A stretch of DNA of 41,652 bases from an uncultured Opitutaceae bacterium (GCA_964196585.1 CAXMUM010000002.1:1-41652); one strand, 5' to 3'; counted from the first letter of the stretch, positions 1 through 9,914 are shown. The notes: generated by a model not told the origin, from the sequence alone. Made by a program: numbers and translations.

Positions 1-1057
1 GAAAACAAACGACAAGTCTTCCGGAAAAACGATTACGCATCGATTCCAAAAGACCTGAAATCTCAGTCGGATGATGTGCATAATCCTCTATAACAGTTAA
101 AAACGGAGACGAAAAAAGGACACTTTGGCGTCGCCGAACTCCTCCATAACCACCCAATAAATCCTCCTCAACTGAAAGACATAAGTAACTGGAAACCGCT
201 AAAGCAGCACATGCGTTTTCTGCATTAAATTCACCACTTGCGCAAACTCTCGCCTGCTGTTTCCCAAACATCCCGCCCAAGGTCAAAATCCTCCCTCTCT
301 CCCCCTCGACAGAATTAACCAAAGCGTAATCTCCCTCTTTACCAAAACAGAAATCATTTTCTCTTGTTTGATCCCCAAAGAGCTGAGACGAACGGATACA
401 GCCTTTGTTATAAAAAAATGCTCCAGAAGTTCGTTCTTTCAGACGGCGAAACACTTCTTTCAACATCTCCTCATCTCGATAATGGTCACAGTGATCCCAA
501 TCCAAATTCACACAAAGCGTAATCTCAGGAGAAAACCCTCCGATCGTTCCGTCGCTTTCATCAATCTCAGCCACAACCCAGTCCGCTGAGGCACAACGTG
601 CAGGAGGGATTGATCCATCATTAAACAAACCACCTAACAAATACCCTACATCTAAGCCACTTGATCGAAGAGCCGTGATCAGCATTGCACATGTTGTCGT
701 TTTTCCATGTGAGCCCACGACTGCAATCAAACGTTTGGCCTGTAAAACTTCCGCCAACATTTCACCCCTCAACAAAATAGGCAGCTTGCGCTCTTTCGCC
801 TCCAGATACCGCGGATGGTCATGAGAAATCGCAGATGAAATCACCAGTGTCTCAACATCTGTTCCCATCGATTCTCCTTCGGCAATCTCTATACCACGGG
901 CGAGCAGTAATTTTTGAATCTCAACGGAAAGATTTCCATCTTCTCCGGAAACGCTAAAGCCAAATTCTGAAAGATAAACAGCCAAAGGAGCCATACCCAT
1001 CCCACCAATTCCGATGAGGTGAACTCTTTTTCCTTTAGGCTTTTCTTCCACTTTCAT
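1..1057 (-). CDS. murC: UDP-N-acetylmuramate--L-alanine ligase MurC; 3' end truncated by the left window edge
   Basis: Absent from the ORF track because it runs off the edge. My minus-strand translation from the ATG at 1057..1055 gives MKVEEKPKGKRVHLIGIGGMGMAPLAVYLSEFGFSVSGEDG...AVVGSHGKTTTCAMLITAL...EIDESDGT...EDYAHHPTEI. These are Mur-ligase hallmarks (GIGGxGM, P-loop GSHGKTT, DYAHHP). It lies directly downstream of murG. Confidence 0.9.
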   Translation of the reverse strand, partial: MKVEEKPKGKRVHLIGIGGMGMAPLAVYLSEFGFSVSGEDGNLSVEIQKLLLARGIEIAEGESMGTDVETLVISSAISHDHPRYLEAKERKLPILLRGEMLAEVLQAKRLIAVVGSHGKTTTCAMLITALRSSGLDVGYLLGGLFNDGSIPPARCASADWVVAEIDESDGTIGGFSPEITLCVNLDWDHCDHYRDEEMLKEVFRRLKERTSGAFFYNKGCIRSSQLFGDQTRENDFCFGKEGDYALVNSVEGERGRILTLGGMFGKQQARVCASGEFNAENACAALAVSSYLCLSVEEDLLGGYGGVRRRQSVLFSSPFLTVIEDYAHHPTEISGLLESMRNRFSGRLVVCF

Positions 1058-1075
1058 AAACAATCCAGCTCTTTC

Positions 1076-2206
1076 TCAAGGCACTTCGGCTACACTCAAA
1101 CGAGACGGTGGCGCTTCTTTTCGGGACAAATCTTCCAAATCATCTGCTATCAGATTCGCCGAATTATCACGGTCCATTCGCTGTAAATTGATAACAAATC
1201 GCTGCAAGAGCCAATCGTTGAAAATCACCTCCCTAACTTCCTTGAAGAGATCTCCCATATAATCCTGTCCTACCAAGAAGCCACCACCCTGCATTTCAAA
1301 AAACTTTGCATTTTCCAATTGATGATCATCCGCAGAGTGAGGATACGGAATTAAAAGTGCAGGAAGCCCACAACGAGTCATTTCAGCAATCGTCCCTGCC
1401 CCTGCCCTGGACACCGCCAGATCTGCGCTCGACAGAAGATTTCCAACTTCATCCGAGAAAGCGATAAATCCAGATCTCACCTTTGTTCCACGACGGGATT
1501 CATACTCAAAAATCTCGTCGGATCCTTTGCCCAGACCAGTCACACAGTATACTTGAACTTCATCCCGAGCCAACCGTTCCATAATACTAGCTGCCCAATC
1601 ATTTAAGGCACTCGCACCTTGGCTTCCTCCCAAAATAATTAAAACCTTCTGAGTTGGATTCATCCTCAATCTTTCCCGAGCTGCTGCTTTGGAGACGCGT
1701 AAAATTTCTTTGCGCACAGGATATCCGTAGTGGCGAACCCGATTTGCCTTTATATGACCTACCTTCACTCCAACAGGCAAATAAACGCGTTTGGCGAAGC
1801 TCCCCATAAAACGAATGGCTTTTCCAGGAACTCGATTTGCCTCATGCAAAGCAACAGGTATCTGACTGAACAAACCACCGAGAGTCATCGCAATGCACGT
1901 ATAGCCTCCAAATCCAAAGATCGCTTCGGGTTTCAAATCCTTGATCAAGCGAAAAGCAGCCACTATCCCCTTCATCTGGCTAACGATAAAATTTAGCAAC
2001 CGAGATGGGTGTAGGGAAAAACCAACTCCTGGCAAAACTACAAACCTGAGGTCCTTATATTTTTCAATCAGACGGGAATCCACCTGTTTGTTACTAATAA
2101 GAAGAGTGCATTGATGCCCACGTGACTCAAGTTCCTCTGCCAATGCGATGCCAGGGGCCAGATGCCCTCCCGTTCCACCACATGCTATTAAAAAACAACT
2201 CATCAC
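1076..2206 (-). CDS. murG: UDP-GlcNAc:lipid I N-acetylglucosaminyltransferase MurG
   Basis: 376-aa ORF whose N-terminus MMSCFLIACGGTGGHLAPGIALAEEL carries the GT28 GGTGGH motif. The C-terminal half has SRAGAGTIAE. It sits between ftsW and murC, and its start overlaps the ftsW stop (first codon GTG at 2206, ATG at 2203). Confidence 0.92.
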   Translation of the reverse strand: MMSCFLIACGGTGGHLAPGIALAEELESRGHQCTLLISNKQVDSRLIEKYKDLRFVVLPGVGFSLHPSRLLNFIVSQMKGIVAAFRLIKDLKPEAIFGFGGYTCIAMTLGGLFSQIPVALHEANRVPGKAIRFMGSFAKRVYLPVGVKVGHIKANRVRHYGYPVRKEILRVSKAAARERLRMNPTQKVLIILGGSQGASALNDWAASIMERLARDEVQVYCVTGLGKGSDEIFEYESRRGTKVRSGFIAFSDEVGNLLSSADLAVSRAGAGTIAEMTRCGLPALLIPYPHSADDHQLENAKFFEMQGGGFLVGQDYMGDLFKEVREVIFNDWLLQRFVINLQRMDRDNSANLIADDLEDLSRKEAPPSRLSVAEVP

Positions 2207-3369
2207 TCAATGTCCTTCATTGCCCGGTCCCCAGACTTCAGAGCTGGGCTTCTCCACAATATATGTGTGTTCGCAATCAATCCTATCACAATAGCCATGA
2301 GAATAAGATTCGACCCTCCATAACTAATAAATGGCAGCGACATACCCTTGGTCGGTAAGCACCCTGTAACAACTCCCAAATTGATTAATGCCTGTAAGGT
2401 AAGAAGCAACAGACACCCAGCTATCAACAGATACTGAAAAAGATTCGGTGCCTTCCTTAAATGAAAAATGCCCGCAACAAAGATCACCATAAAAAGTAAG
2501 ACCGTACCCAAGGTGAAAAACAAACCCAATTCCTCACCTGCGATCGCAAAAATAAAGTCAGTATGAGCCTCCGGTAAGAATGCCATCTGTTGGCGTCCAT
2601 TCCCCAAACCGACTCCATCAACTCCGCCAGCCCCAAAAGCCAGGATTGCCTGCCATAGTTGATACGCTCCATCACTGCGATTTCCCTCAATATCAAGAAA
2701 GGAAGTAATACGTGCCAACCGCACCGGATTGTAGAAAATGGCTACTGCTAGAAAGCCTATACCACCCAACAAAGAAGGGATTAAATAGATCAGTCGAACC
2801 CCTGCGAGTAACAACATGGAAAAACCAATCGCACCACATAACATCGCTGTTCCATAGTCCGGCTCAACAATGATGAGCCCGCAAAAAAGAGCTATCCATG
2901 CACAGGGTAAAACGAATCCGCGCCAAAAGGTTGGGATTAATTTCTGATTCGCCCCTAAATAATGTGCCAACGACAAGATCATAGCAACTTTGGCAATCTC
3001 AGAAACTTGAAAACGCATTAAGCCAAAATCAAGCCAACGACGGCTCCCATTGACATACACACCAATCCCAGGAATCAAGACGATCACCAGACCGATCAAC
3101 AGCAACCCTGCAATCCACCATGACATTGGGCGAACCCATTTGAGATTGATCCGGCTGACAATCAGCCCAACAGCCAACGCAATACCAATCCAAATTATCT
3201 GTCGCTTAAGAAAGAAATAAGGATCCTGCCGAAAAGAAACACTCGCACTGAAGAGAATCGTTACCCCAAGAATCGTTAGGGCAGCTACACAAAACAGGAT
3301 AAGTGAAGCTGGATTAACCAATCCATTCCAGTGAAAGTTCTTTGTTTGGGTTCGCACAATCGGTGACAA
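2203..3369 (-). CDS. ftsW: SEDS-family peptidoglycan glycosyltransferase FtsW
   Basis: 388-aa polytopic membrane ORF with SEDS motifs: RFQVSEIAKVAMIL, LPEAHTDFIFAIAGEELG and LPTKGMSLPFISYGGSNL. It occupies the expected dcw position upstream of murG. Confidence 0.9.
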   Translation of the reverse strand: MSPIVRTQTKNFHWNGLVNPASLILFCVAALTILGVTILFSASVSFRQDPYFFLKRQIIWIGIALAVGLIVSRINLKWVRPMSWWIAGLLLIGLVIVLIPGIGVYVNGSRRWLDFGLMRFQVSEIAKVAMILSLAHYLGANQKLIPTFWRGFVLPCAWIALFCGLIIVEPDYGTAMLCGAIGFSMLLLAGVRLIYLIPSLLGGIGFLAVAIFYNPVRLARITSFLDIEGNRSDGAYQLWQAILAFGAGGVDGVGLGNGRQQMAFLPEAHTDFIFAIAGEELGLFFTLGTVLLFMVIFVAGIFHLRKAPNLFQYLLIAGCLLLLTLQALINLGVVTGCLPTKGMSLPFISYGGSNLILMAIVIGLIANTHILWRSPALKSGDRAMKDIE

Positions 3370-3380
3370 TAAAAGCTCTC

Positions 3381-4502
3381 TTAGTCTGAACTCAAAGGCT
3401 CTTCATCAATGGGGATAGCCGGAGCATCAATAATGTCTTCCGGAAGCATGCTATCTAAATCATCGTCTGGGAGCAAAGGTAGAGTTCCTGTTATCTCCAC
3501 TGGTTCTTGATCAGCTGTTTGAACCTCAGGAACTGTTGGTTGAACGGTTACAGTAGGTTTCGAGGTAATCGATTGGAATCCAGGAACAACTAAAACCTGA
3601 TTTGGGCGTATGCTTCGTGGATTCGTTATCCCATTTACATCCATTAACTCTTTGATCGAAACCTCAAATTTCCTCGCAATGCTTTCCAAAGTATCTCCAG
3701 CTTGTACAGTCACAGTCACCGCATCTGAAGGAGCACTGCCAGTTCTCCTCTGAGTCGATGTTGTGGTTGAAGAGGATGCCTGTCCAGATGAAGAGGGAAT
3801 TTTCAAAGTCTGCCCAATTCGAATTAGATCGCTACGAAGGTTATTTGCAGAACGTACAGCCTTAACTGTTGTACCATGATTCGCAGCAATCCTCGCTAAG
3901 TAATCACCCGACTTAACTTTATAGGTAGTAAAAGCACCGGTGTTCGTAACCGGAATTGGCGCAGCTGTACTCACTTGTGGTTGAGATGAAGCAGCATCTG
4001 CCGATTGTCCGGGTATCTCAATCTTCGCTCCCCATTGGAGCTGATCCGCCCGGATGTTCGAATTGGCACTTTGTAAAGCCTTTACCGAAATGTTAAACTT
4101 TTTGGCGATCGACCAAAAACTGTCTCCCTTTTTTACGGTATACGTAATGGTCGAAGACCCTCCTCCAGATGTCGACCCACCCTGATAAAGAGGACTTAGG
4201 ACAGAGTCTGATGGAGAGACATTTGAAGCCCCTGGTCGACTAGGTGACTCGCGCCTAGCGCGCTCAGCTGGAGTCGCTCCATAAAGCGGTTGACTGAGAC
4301 TACTTGAGTCATCCGAAACCGGAATAGGCTCGAGACTGGAACTCGGTTCTGGTTGGCTTGACCAGTTCCCGGAATCCGCAGTCGAAGGACCATTAGCTGT
4401 TGGTTGACTCGGTGTCGTTTGACATCCCGGGCTCAGTAGGAAAATCATAAGAGGCACAAGGTGGATTGCCAACACCATGCCGAATATTTTCATTATTTTC
4501 AT
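3381..4502 (-). CDS. Secreted or membrane-anchored protein with three LysM peptidoglycan-binding repeats and Ser/Pro/Thr-rich linkers
   Basis: 373-aa ORF with an N-terminal hydrophobic segment (MKIMKIFGMVLAIHLVPLMIFLLSPGC) that may be a non-canonical lipobox. The three LysM repeats are YTVKKGDSFWSIAKKFNISVKALQSANSNI...IEIP, YKVKSGDYLARIAANHGTTVKAVRSANNL...LKIP and VTVQAGDTLESIARKFEVSIKELMDVNGI...LVVP. The C-terminal tail is acidic. I recognise no catalytic domain. Confidence 0.8.
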   Translation of the reverse strand: MKIMKIFGMVLAIHLVPLMIFLLSPGCQTTPSQPTANGPSTADSGNWSSQPEPSSSLEPIPVSDDSSSLSQPLYGATPAERARRESPSRPGASNVSPSDSVLSPLYQGGSTSGGGSSTITYTVKKGDSFWSIAKKFNISVKALQSANSNIRADQLQWGAKIEIPGQSADAASSQPQVSTAAPIPVTNTGAFTTYKVKSGDYLARIAANHGTTVKAVRSANNLRSDLIRIGQTLKIPSSSGQASSSTTTSTQRRTGSAPSDAVTVTVQAGDTLESIARKFEVSIKELMDVNGITNPRSIRPNQVLVVPGFQSITSKPTVTVQPTVPEVQTADQEPVEITGTLPLLPDDDLDSMLPEDIIDAPAIPIDEEPLSSD

Positions 4503-4562
4503 CGATTTGTATTACTCCTGTTTTTTTGTTATGTCGTTGGTAAAGTTTCTAGAGACTCTCTT

Positions 4563-5834
4563 TTACACCAGAACCTCCGCTTCAAATTGGTTACCCCGGT
4601 CGACATAGTCTGCGAACATGTCGAAACTTGAAAAACCGGGACTGAATAAAATGTTGTCACCGTTCGATGCCGCTCCCACCGCAGCCTGAACTGCCTCGTC
4701 CATTGAGCTACAAATGCTAACTTCTCGCTGTTCGTTCTCCAGCATTCTGGCCAATGATTCACCCACTTCGCCCATCACGTATGCCTTTTTTATATGCGGA
4801 ACAATGCGACGAATAAAGGCCTCCAAATCACCGCCCTTAGCTCTGCCTCCTCCCACCCAAATAACTGGCCGATCAAAATTAGACATTGCCATTTCCACAG
4901 CATGAAAATTTGTAGCCTTCGAATCATTCCAGAAATTAATCCCTTGGCGAGTTTCCACCAGCTTCAATCGATGAGATGAGATCTTAAACGACTGTACCGC
5001 CTCCCAAAAAGTATCAAAAGGTAGCTCTAGACGCTCCCAAAAAAATTTCGCCATCAAAAGGTTCTTATACTGCGGCATCCAGATAAACGGCGTCTCCTCT
5101 ATCTTCTCCATCGGAAAATCTTCCTGTCTCCCTTTGACCAGGTTATCTTCTGATATTTCAAATCCCAAATTCCGAGCATTCAGGAAACTCGATTCATCTA
5201 AAAGAACACACTCTATTGGAGTTCGCTGAATCACGTTATATTTGGCTCGGAAATACGAATCCATATCCAAGTGACGGTCCAAATGATCTTCAGAAAAACT
5301 GGTCCACATTGTCGCAGTCGGGCACATATAGTTCAATGCCTCAGCTTGAAACGAACTTACCTCACAAACAGCAACTGTATCACTCGAGATATCCTGCTCG
5401 TAAACCTCTGAAAAAGGATAGCCGACATTTCCGACTGCATATGCATCCACCCCAGCATGGCTCAGCGCGTGGGCCAATAACTCTACCAAAGTCGTTTTCC
5501 CGTTTGTGCCGGTCACTGCATAAATTTTACCAGGCCACAGAACGGCGGCCAGATCGATCTCCGCTACACATTCACACCCTTGAGCTTCAGCTTCTATCAA
5601 CCATTCATGAGCGACTGAAAAACCTGGACTGTATACAACCAGTCCATGTTTATCTGCGATCCTTCTATCAAAAGCACAAGGATATCCTAGCTCAGGGTTT
5701 TCGTCATAGAGAATGGCCTCGCCACCTAATTTGGAAACCAACTTTACCGCAGCCAACCCACTCTTTCCGGCGCCCAAAACAGCCACTGGTTTCTCCAAAT
5801 AATGTGTTAACCAATCTGGGATTCGAAGGTTCAT
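4563..5834 (-). CDS. murD: UDP-N-acetylmuramoylalanine--D-glutamate ligase MurD
   Basis: The ORF track extends to 5894 (443 aa). The internal ATG at 5834 (MNLRIPDWLTHYLEKPVAVLGAGKSGLAAV...) lies 2 nt after the mraY stop and removes an implausible 20-aa extension that would overlap mraY. Motifs: GAGKSG Rossmann fold and VTGTNGKTT P-loop. Confidence 0.9.
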   Translation of the reverse strand: MNLRIPDWLTHYLEKPVAVLGAGKSGLAAVKLVSKLGGEAILYDENPELGYPCAFDRRIADKHGLVVYSPGFSVAHEWLIEAEAQGCECVAEIDLAAVLWPGKIYAVTGTNGKTTLVELLAHALSHAGVDAYAVGNVGYPFSEVYEQDISSDTVAVCEVSSFQAEALNYMCPTATMWTSFSEDHLDRHLDMDSYFRAKYNVIQRTPIECVLLDESSFLNARNLGFEISEDNLVKGRQEDFPMEKIEETPFIWMPQYKNLLMAKFFWERLELPFDTFWEAVQSFKISSHRLKLVETRQGINFWNDSKATNFHAVEMAMSNFDRPVIWVGGGRAKGGDLEAFIRRIVPHIKKAYVMGEVGESLARMLENEQREVSICSSMDEAVQAAVGAASNGDNILFSPGFSSFDMFADYVDRGNQFEAEVLV

Positions 5835-5836
5835 TC

Positions 5837-6937
5837 TTATCTCAATTTCAGGGTTGCTAATCCGGCAAGTGCAAAAATCAGGGATAGTATCCAAAAGCGT
5901 ACCACTACTTTTGATTCAGCCCAACCCTTAAGTTCAAAATGATGATGAATTGGAGCCATTCGAAAGACTCTCTTTCTCCGAGTTTTATACGAGAAGACCT
6001 GAATGATCACAGACCCTGCTTCAATCACAAATATTCCCCCAACAATGACCAACGTAAAGGGCTGGTGAACCATGAAAGCAATGGTCCCAATCAGTCCACC
6101 CAATGCCAGAGAACCCGTATCCCCCATGAAAACTTCCGCCGGATGAGAGTTAAACCACAGAAACGCCAATCCAGCTCCTACAAGTGAACCACAGACAATA
6201 GTTAATTCGCCAACCCCTGGAATATAACTAATGAGCAAGTAGTTGGAGATATTTGAGTTTCCCGCCGCATAGGCCATAATCGCATAAACCAATGCCACTG
6301 TTATAGTACACCCAATAGCTAAGCCATCCACACCATCTGTCAGGTTAATCGCATTACTCGATCCAACCAAAACAAAGAAAAAGAAAACTCCGAGGGCCAC
6401 AAGAGGCATGCAAAGAACCAATGGACTCTTTAAGAAAGGAACCCACAACTCTCTCACCTTTTCAAAACTTTCCGGATTGCTCAATAAGCACCAAAGAGCG
6501 ATCGCAGTTACCAGACTCTGAACAATGATTTTATAAAGAGATGAAACACCTTTGCTATTCTGCTTACTTACCTTGAGGTAGTCATCTAGAAAGCCAAGGG
6601 CTGTTAGGCTTCCATAAACAAAAAGAGAAACCAATATCCAAACATTGGGCTTTGCCCATAAGATTGTCGCTACGCATACAGAAACAAAAATGAGCAACCC
6701 ACCCATTGTAGGGGTATTCTTCTTTCCCGCGTGACGATCTGCCAGCTCCCTTACCTCACTTGCATCTCTCAGGCTCTGAACAAAGCTGATCTGTTTCAGT
6801 TTGGCGATCATCCAAGGGCCCAAAATAAATCCTATCAACAATGCGGTACCCGCTGCCATCAAAGTCCTCAATGAGATAAACCTCAATAGGCGCAACGGGC
6901 CAAAAACAGTCTCATAGTCGGCTAGATACGTCAGCAT
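5837..6937 (-). CDS. mraY: Phospho-N-acetylmuramoyl-pentapeptide transferase MraY
   Basis: 366-aa polytopic membrane ORF with NAINLTDGVDGLA, FMGDTGSLALGG and APIHHHFELKGW motifs. It lies between murF and murD. Confidence 0.95.
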   Translation of the reverse strand: MLTYLADYETVFGPLRLLRFISLRTLMAAGTALLIGFILGPWMIAKLKQISFVQSLRDASEVRELADRHAGKKNTPTMGGLLIFVSVCVATILWAKPNVWILVSLFVYGSLTALGFLDDYLKVSKQNSKGVSSLYKIIVQSLVTAIALWCLLSNPESFEKVRELWVPFLKSPLVLCMPLVALGVFFFFVLVGSSNAINLTDGVDGLAIGCTITVALVYAIMAYAAGNSNISNYLLISYIPGVGELTIVCGSLVGAGLAFLWFNSHPAEVFMGDTGSLALGGLIGTIAFMVHQPFTLVIVGGIFVIEAGSVIIQVFSYKTRRKRVFRMAPIHHHFELKGWAESKVVVRFWILSLIFALAGLATLKLR

Positions 6938-8320
6938 AAGACATCCGCCCTTTCTTCCTTCAATAGTGTATCCACTCCAACAATCTCTTCTAAATGATAA
7001 CGCCGACTACCCTTCAAGAAAACAGCCCCTTCAAATCCATCCAGATAGCTCTTTGCTGAATCATTATCCGCAACGATCTTCACATCATCATTCCGATTCC
7101 CCACTTTGAGAACCCATGATAACAACCTTATCTCCCTCTGAAAGAATCCAGCTCTCTCCCAACGAAAAATGTAAATCATCGCTCTCTTCGCCCAATTCTT
7201 CCATACAACCAATAAAATAAATCCGAGCAGTCTTTTCATTCGTAAGATCAGAAAAAGTTTTGATCGCATCTCGCATCGAATCTGGATTCGCGTTATAACA
7301 GTCTATATAATACAGACTGTCATTCTTATGCATGACCTGCCCCCGCATCTTTGCAGGTGCCCATGCCTCCACACGCTCCGCAATGACAGATGCCTCAACT
7401 CCCAACTCCAACGCTGCTACAATAGACAGCACCATATTTGAAATCATTCCTTCTGACACACTTCGCAGTCGAATCCCAGAGATAATCCCTCTTTTTTGAG
7501 ATTTGATGGAAATGTAACTCCACTCACTTCTACGACGAACACTGTAAACGTAGTCTGGATATCTGTTTTTGACAATTACCTCAAACCCTTCCCTCGCTAT
7601 ACTCAACCTAGGCATCTCGAGTGACCGAAATGCGGCAAAATCGAAGCACTCATATGGGAAGACAACCAAGCTTTCCGATTTCCCAGCCGAGGCCAATAGA
7701 AGCTTCTCTCCGGCCACATTTTCTAACGATTCTAAACCATCCAAATGGGCAGACCCAATCATCGTCACAATCGTTACATCAGGCCGAATCAATGAACCAA
7801 GAAGATTCATCTCACCCACTAAACTGATGCCAGCTTCAACGACTCCGTATTGATGCTTCTCTGAGTCCAGTTGCAACAACGTCAGTGGCACACCAAGAGT
7901 ATTGTTTAGGTTCGCATGCGTACTGAGAACGACTTCATCGCCACCCAGAAGAAGCGCTACAATATCTTTGGTCGAAGTCTTACCGCAACTTCCCGTCACC
8001 CCTACAATGGGTCCGGTGAAAAGACTTCGATGTTTCCCTGCCATTTTCTGGAGAGCTTTCATCGAATCCTTGACCACCAACTGAGGAAAATCGACCTCGA
8101 CCATTCTCTGTTCAACCAATGCTCCAGCCGCTCCAGCATCTTTTGCGGCCGCCAGAAATTCATGGCCATCACGGTTATCTGTTTTCAGAGCCACAAACAA
8201 ATCTCCATCCTTCAGTGTACGTGTATCAATCGAAAACCCTGTGACCGATCGCTGAGGAAGCGACCCCTGCCACTTCCCTTTCGTCCATTCAGCTAATAAA
8301 ACAGGATCAAACATCATCAA
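6931..8320 (-). pseudogene. murF: UDP-MurNAc-tripeptide--D-Ala-D-Ala ligase MurF, split into two overlapping ORFs by a 1-nt frameshift (true lesion or sequencing indel)
   Basis: ORF 7088..8320 carries the MurF N-terminal and central parts (VTGSCGKTSTKD P-loop, ...CMEELGEESDDLHFSLGE...) and stops at ...VVIMGSQSGESE*. The other frame (ORF 6931..7269) continues ...VGNRNDDVKIVADNDSAKSYLDGFEGAVFLKGSRRYHLEEIV, the conserved MurF C-terminus (KGSR). Removing one base of the C4 run at 7099..7102 joins them as ...GSQSGNRNDDVKIV... Confidence 0.85.
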
Positions 8321-9912
8321 ACTTTAGATTTAATGTTTTTCACAGCTATTAATTCTCTTGCCACCTGACGGTCATCAAACGGGATCACTGTGTCTCCAAA
8401 TTCCTGAAAAGATTCGTGCCCTTTGCCTGCAATAAGAACAGAGTCACCATCCTTAGCTTCATCAAGAGCCAAGCTGATCGAACGCCGCCTATTTTCCACA
8501 AAATCGATACACTCAGGCTTACTGACTCCTTCTCGCATATCCTCAAAAATCTGTAGCTGAGATTCTTTCCTTGGATTGTCTGCAGTGGCCCATGCAAAAT
8601 CCGCTTTCGCCTGTACGGCAGCCGTCATTGCCGAACGTTTTGTTTTATCTCTATCTCCTCCACAGCCGAATACCACCAACAAACGACCGGGAGTAATTCC
8701 TCTCAACATCTCCAATGCATTGACCAATGCGTCATCCGTATGCGCATAATCCACCAAAATATTGACCCCCTCCAGGCCCTCGACTCTCTCCATACGGCCA
8801 GGAACGCCCATAAAACTCTCCACCCGTTGGAGGACATCATTGAGATCCATCCCCATCCCATAACAAACAGATAAAGCGGCAAGGATGTTACTTACATTAT
8901 AGCGGCCAATCAGGTTCGTTTTTATCACACCTTCCCCATCAGGCCAAATCACACGGAATGTTGTTTCTGAAAAGCCCAACTCTACATCCTCGGCTCGAAT
9001 ATCCGCATCAGGCAATAAACCAAATTTGATCAACCGAGAATCAGTAGGAACCATCCCCAATAAACGACGCCCGTATGCATCATCTATATTCACTACAGAG
9101 ACCTTCGGAACAGCTCCTGTTTCGCCCGTAAACAAACGAGCTTTGGCACCAAAGTATTCGTCCATTGAATGATGATAATCCAAATGATCCCTCGTGAGGT
9201 TTAGAAAAACAGAGACATCAAAGGCCATCTCATGGACACGAAATTGGTCAATACCATGTGAACTCACCTCCATAACTGCACGGCGGCACCCAGCCGATGA
9301 CATCTGCGCAAACATCCCGTAGATATCCAGAGATTCCGGAGTAGTCCTGAAAGCTGGGACAGTTCTGGATCCCAAATCATACTGAATCGTTCCCAGCATT
9401 CCTACCGGATCCTCTCCACCAGAAAGGAAATGTTTCACCAAATAAGAGACTGTTGTCTTCCCGTTGGTTCCTGTTATTCCAATCAAATCGAGATTGGAGT
9501 CGGGTTCATCATAAAATCGCCGAGACACTTCCGCTAAAACCCTCCGAGGATGTTCCACATGTATAAACGTAACTTTTGGAGGAACAAACTGCCGATTCTC
9601 AGCCGACACCACCGCTATAGCGCCTCGATCAATCGCTTCGTCAATAAAGAAGCGACCATCTGAGCGAAGCCCTGGAAGCGCAAAATAGACACTTCCCGGG
9701 ACTACCCTGCGACTATCGATTACCAAATTATTGACCCCCTTATCCAGATCACCCTTGTGACTGAGTATCTCTGTACCGGAAAAAATGTCTGCTAGCGTTT
9801 TAGCCATTGAATGCTTTTTTTTTCGTCGACGGATAATGCTCCGCGAACGCTCTAAGATACCATAGTTGCGAGAAGAGGAAATCGATGAATCTGTATTAAT
9901 ATATTCTATCAT
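8317..9912 (-). CDS. murE: UDP-MurNAc-L-Ala-D-Glu--2,6-diaminopimelate ligase MurE (DNPR type)
   Basis: 531-aa ORF with ITGTNGKTT P-loop, DYAHTDDAL and ADNPRKE; the DNPR motif is characteristic of meso-DAP-adding enzymes. The first 35 codons (MIEYINTDSS...RRRKKKHS) look non-homologous. An alternative start is the ATG at 9807 (MAKTLADIF...). Confidence 0.9.
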   Translation of the reverse strand: MIEYINTDSSISSSRNYGILERSRSIIRRRKKKHSMAKTLADIFSGTEILSHKGDLDKGVNNLVIDSRRVVPGSVYFALPGLRSDGRFFIDEAIDRGAIAVVSAENRQFVPPKVTFIHVEHPRRVLAEVSRRFYDEPDSNLDLIGITGTNGKTTVSYLVKHFLSGGEDPVGMLGTIQYDLGSRTVPAFRTTPESLDIYGMFAQMSSAGCRRAVMEVSSHGIDQFRVHEMAFDVSVFLNLTRDHLDYHHSMDEYFGAKARLFTGETGAVPKVSVVNIDDAYGRRLLGMVPTDSRLIKFGLLPDADIRAEDVELGFSETTFRVIWPDGEGVIKTNLIGRYNVSNILAALSVCYGMGMDLNDVLQRVESFMGVPGRMERVEGLEGVNILVDYAHTDDALVNALEMLRGITPGRLLVVFGCGGDRDKTKRSAMTAAVQAKADFAWATADNPRKESQLQIFEDMREGVSKPECIDFVENRRRSISLALDEAKDGDSVLIAGKGHESFQEFGDTVIPFDDRQVARELIAVKNIKSKV

Positions 9913-9914
9913 AA

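Noticed and set aside
5216-5860. 214-aa plus-strand ORF antisense to murD.
   Set aside because: It is a shadow ORF wholly inside a well-supported Mur ligase gene. Its sequence is low-complexity (Ser/Pro/Leu/Arg-rich) with no motif.
5835-5894. N-terminal extensions suggested by the ORF track for murD (to 5894), trpA (to 34926), the phosphorylase homologue (to 26561), rsmH (to 13071), and possibly murE (first 35 codons).
   Set aside because: The extensions are non-homologous, overlap the upstream gene or are oddly hydrophobic or basic. Internal ATGs give N-termini that match family starts. The murE and rsmH starts remain uncertain.
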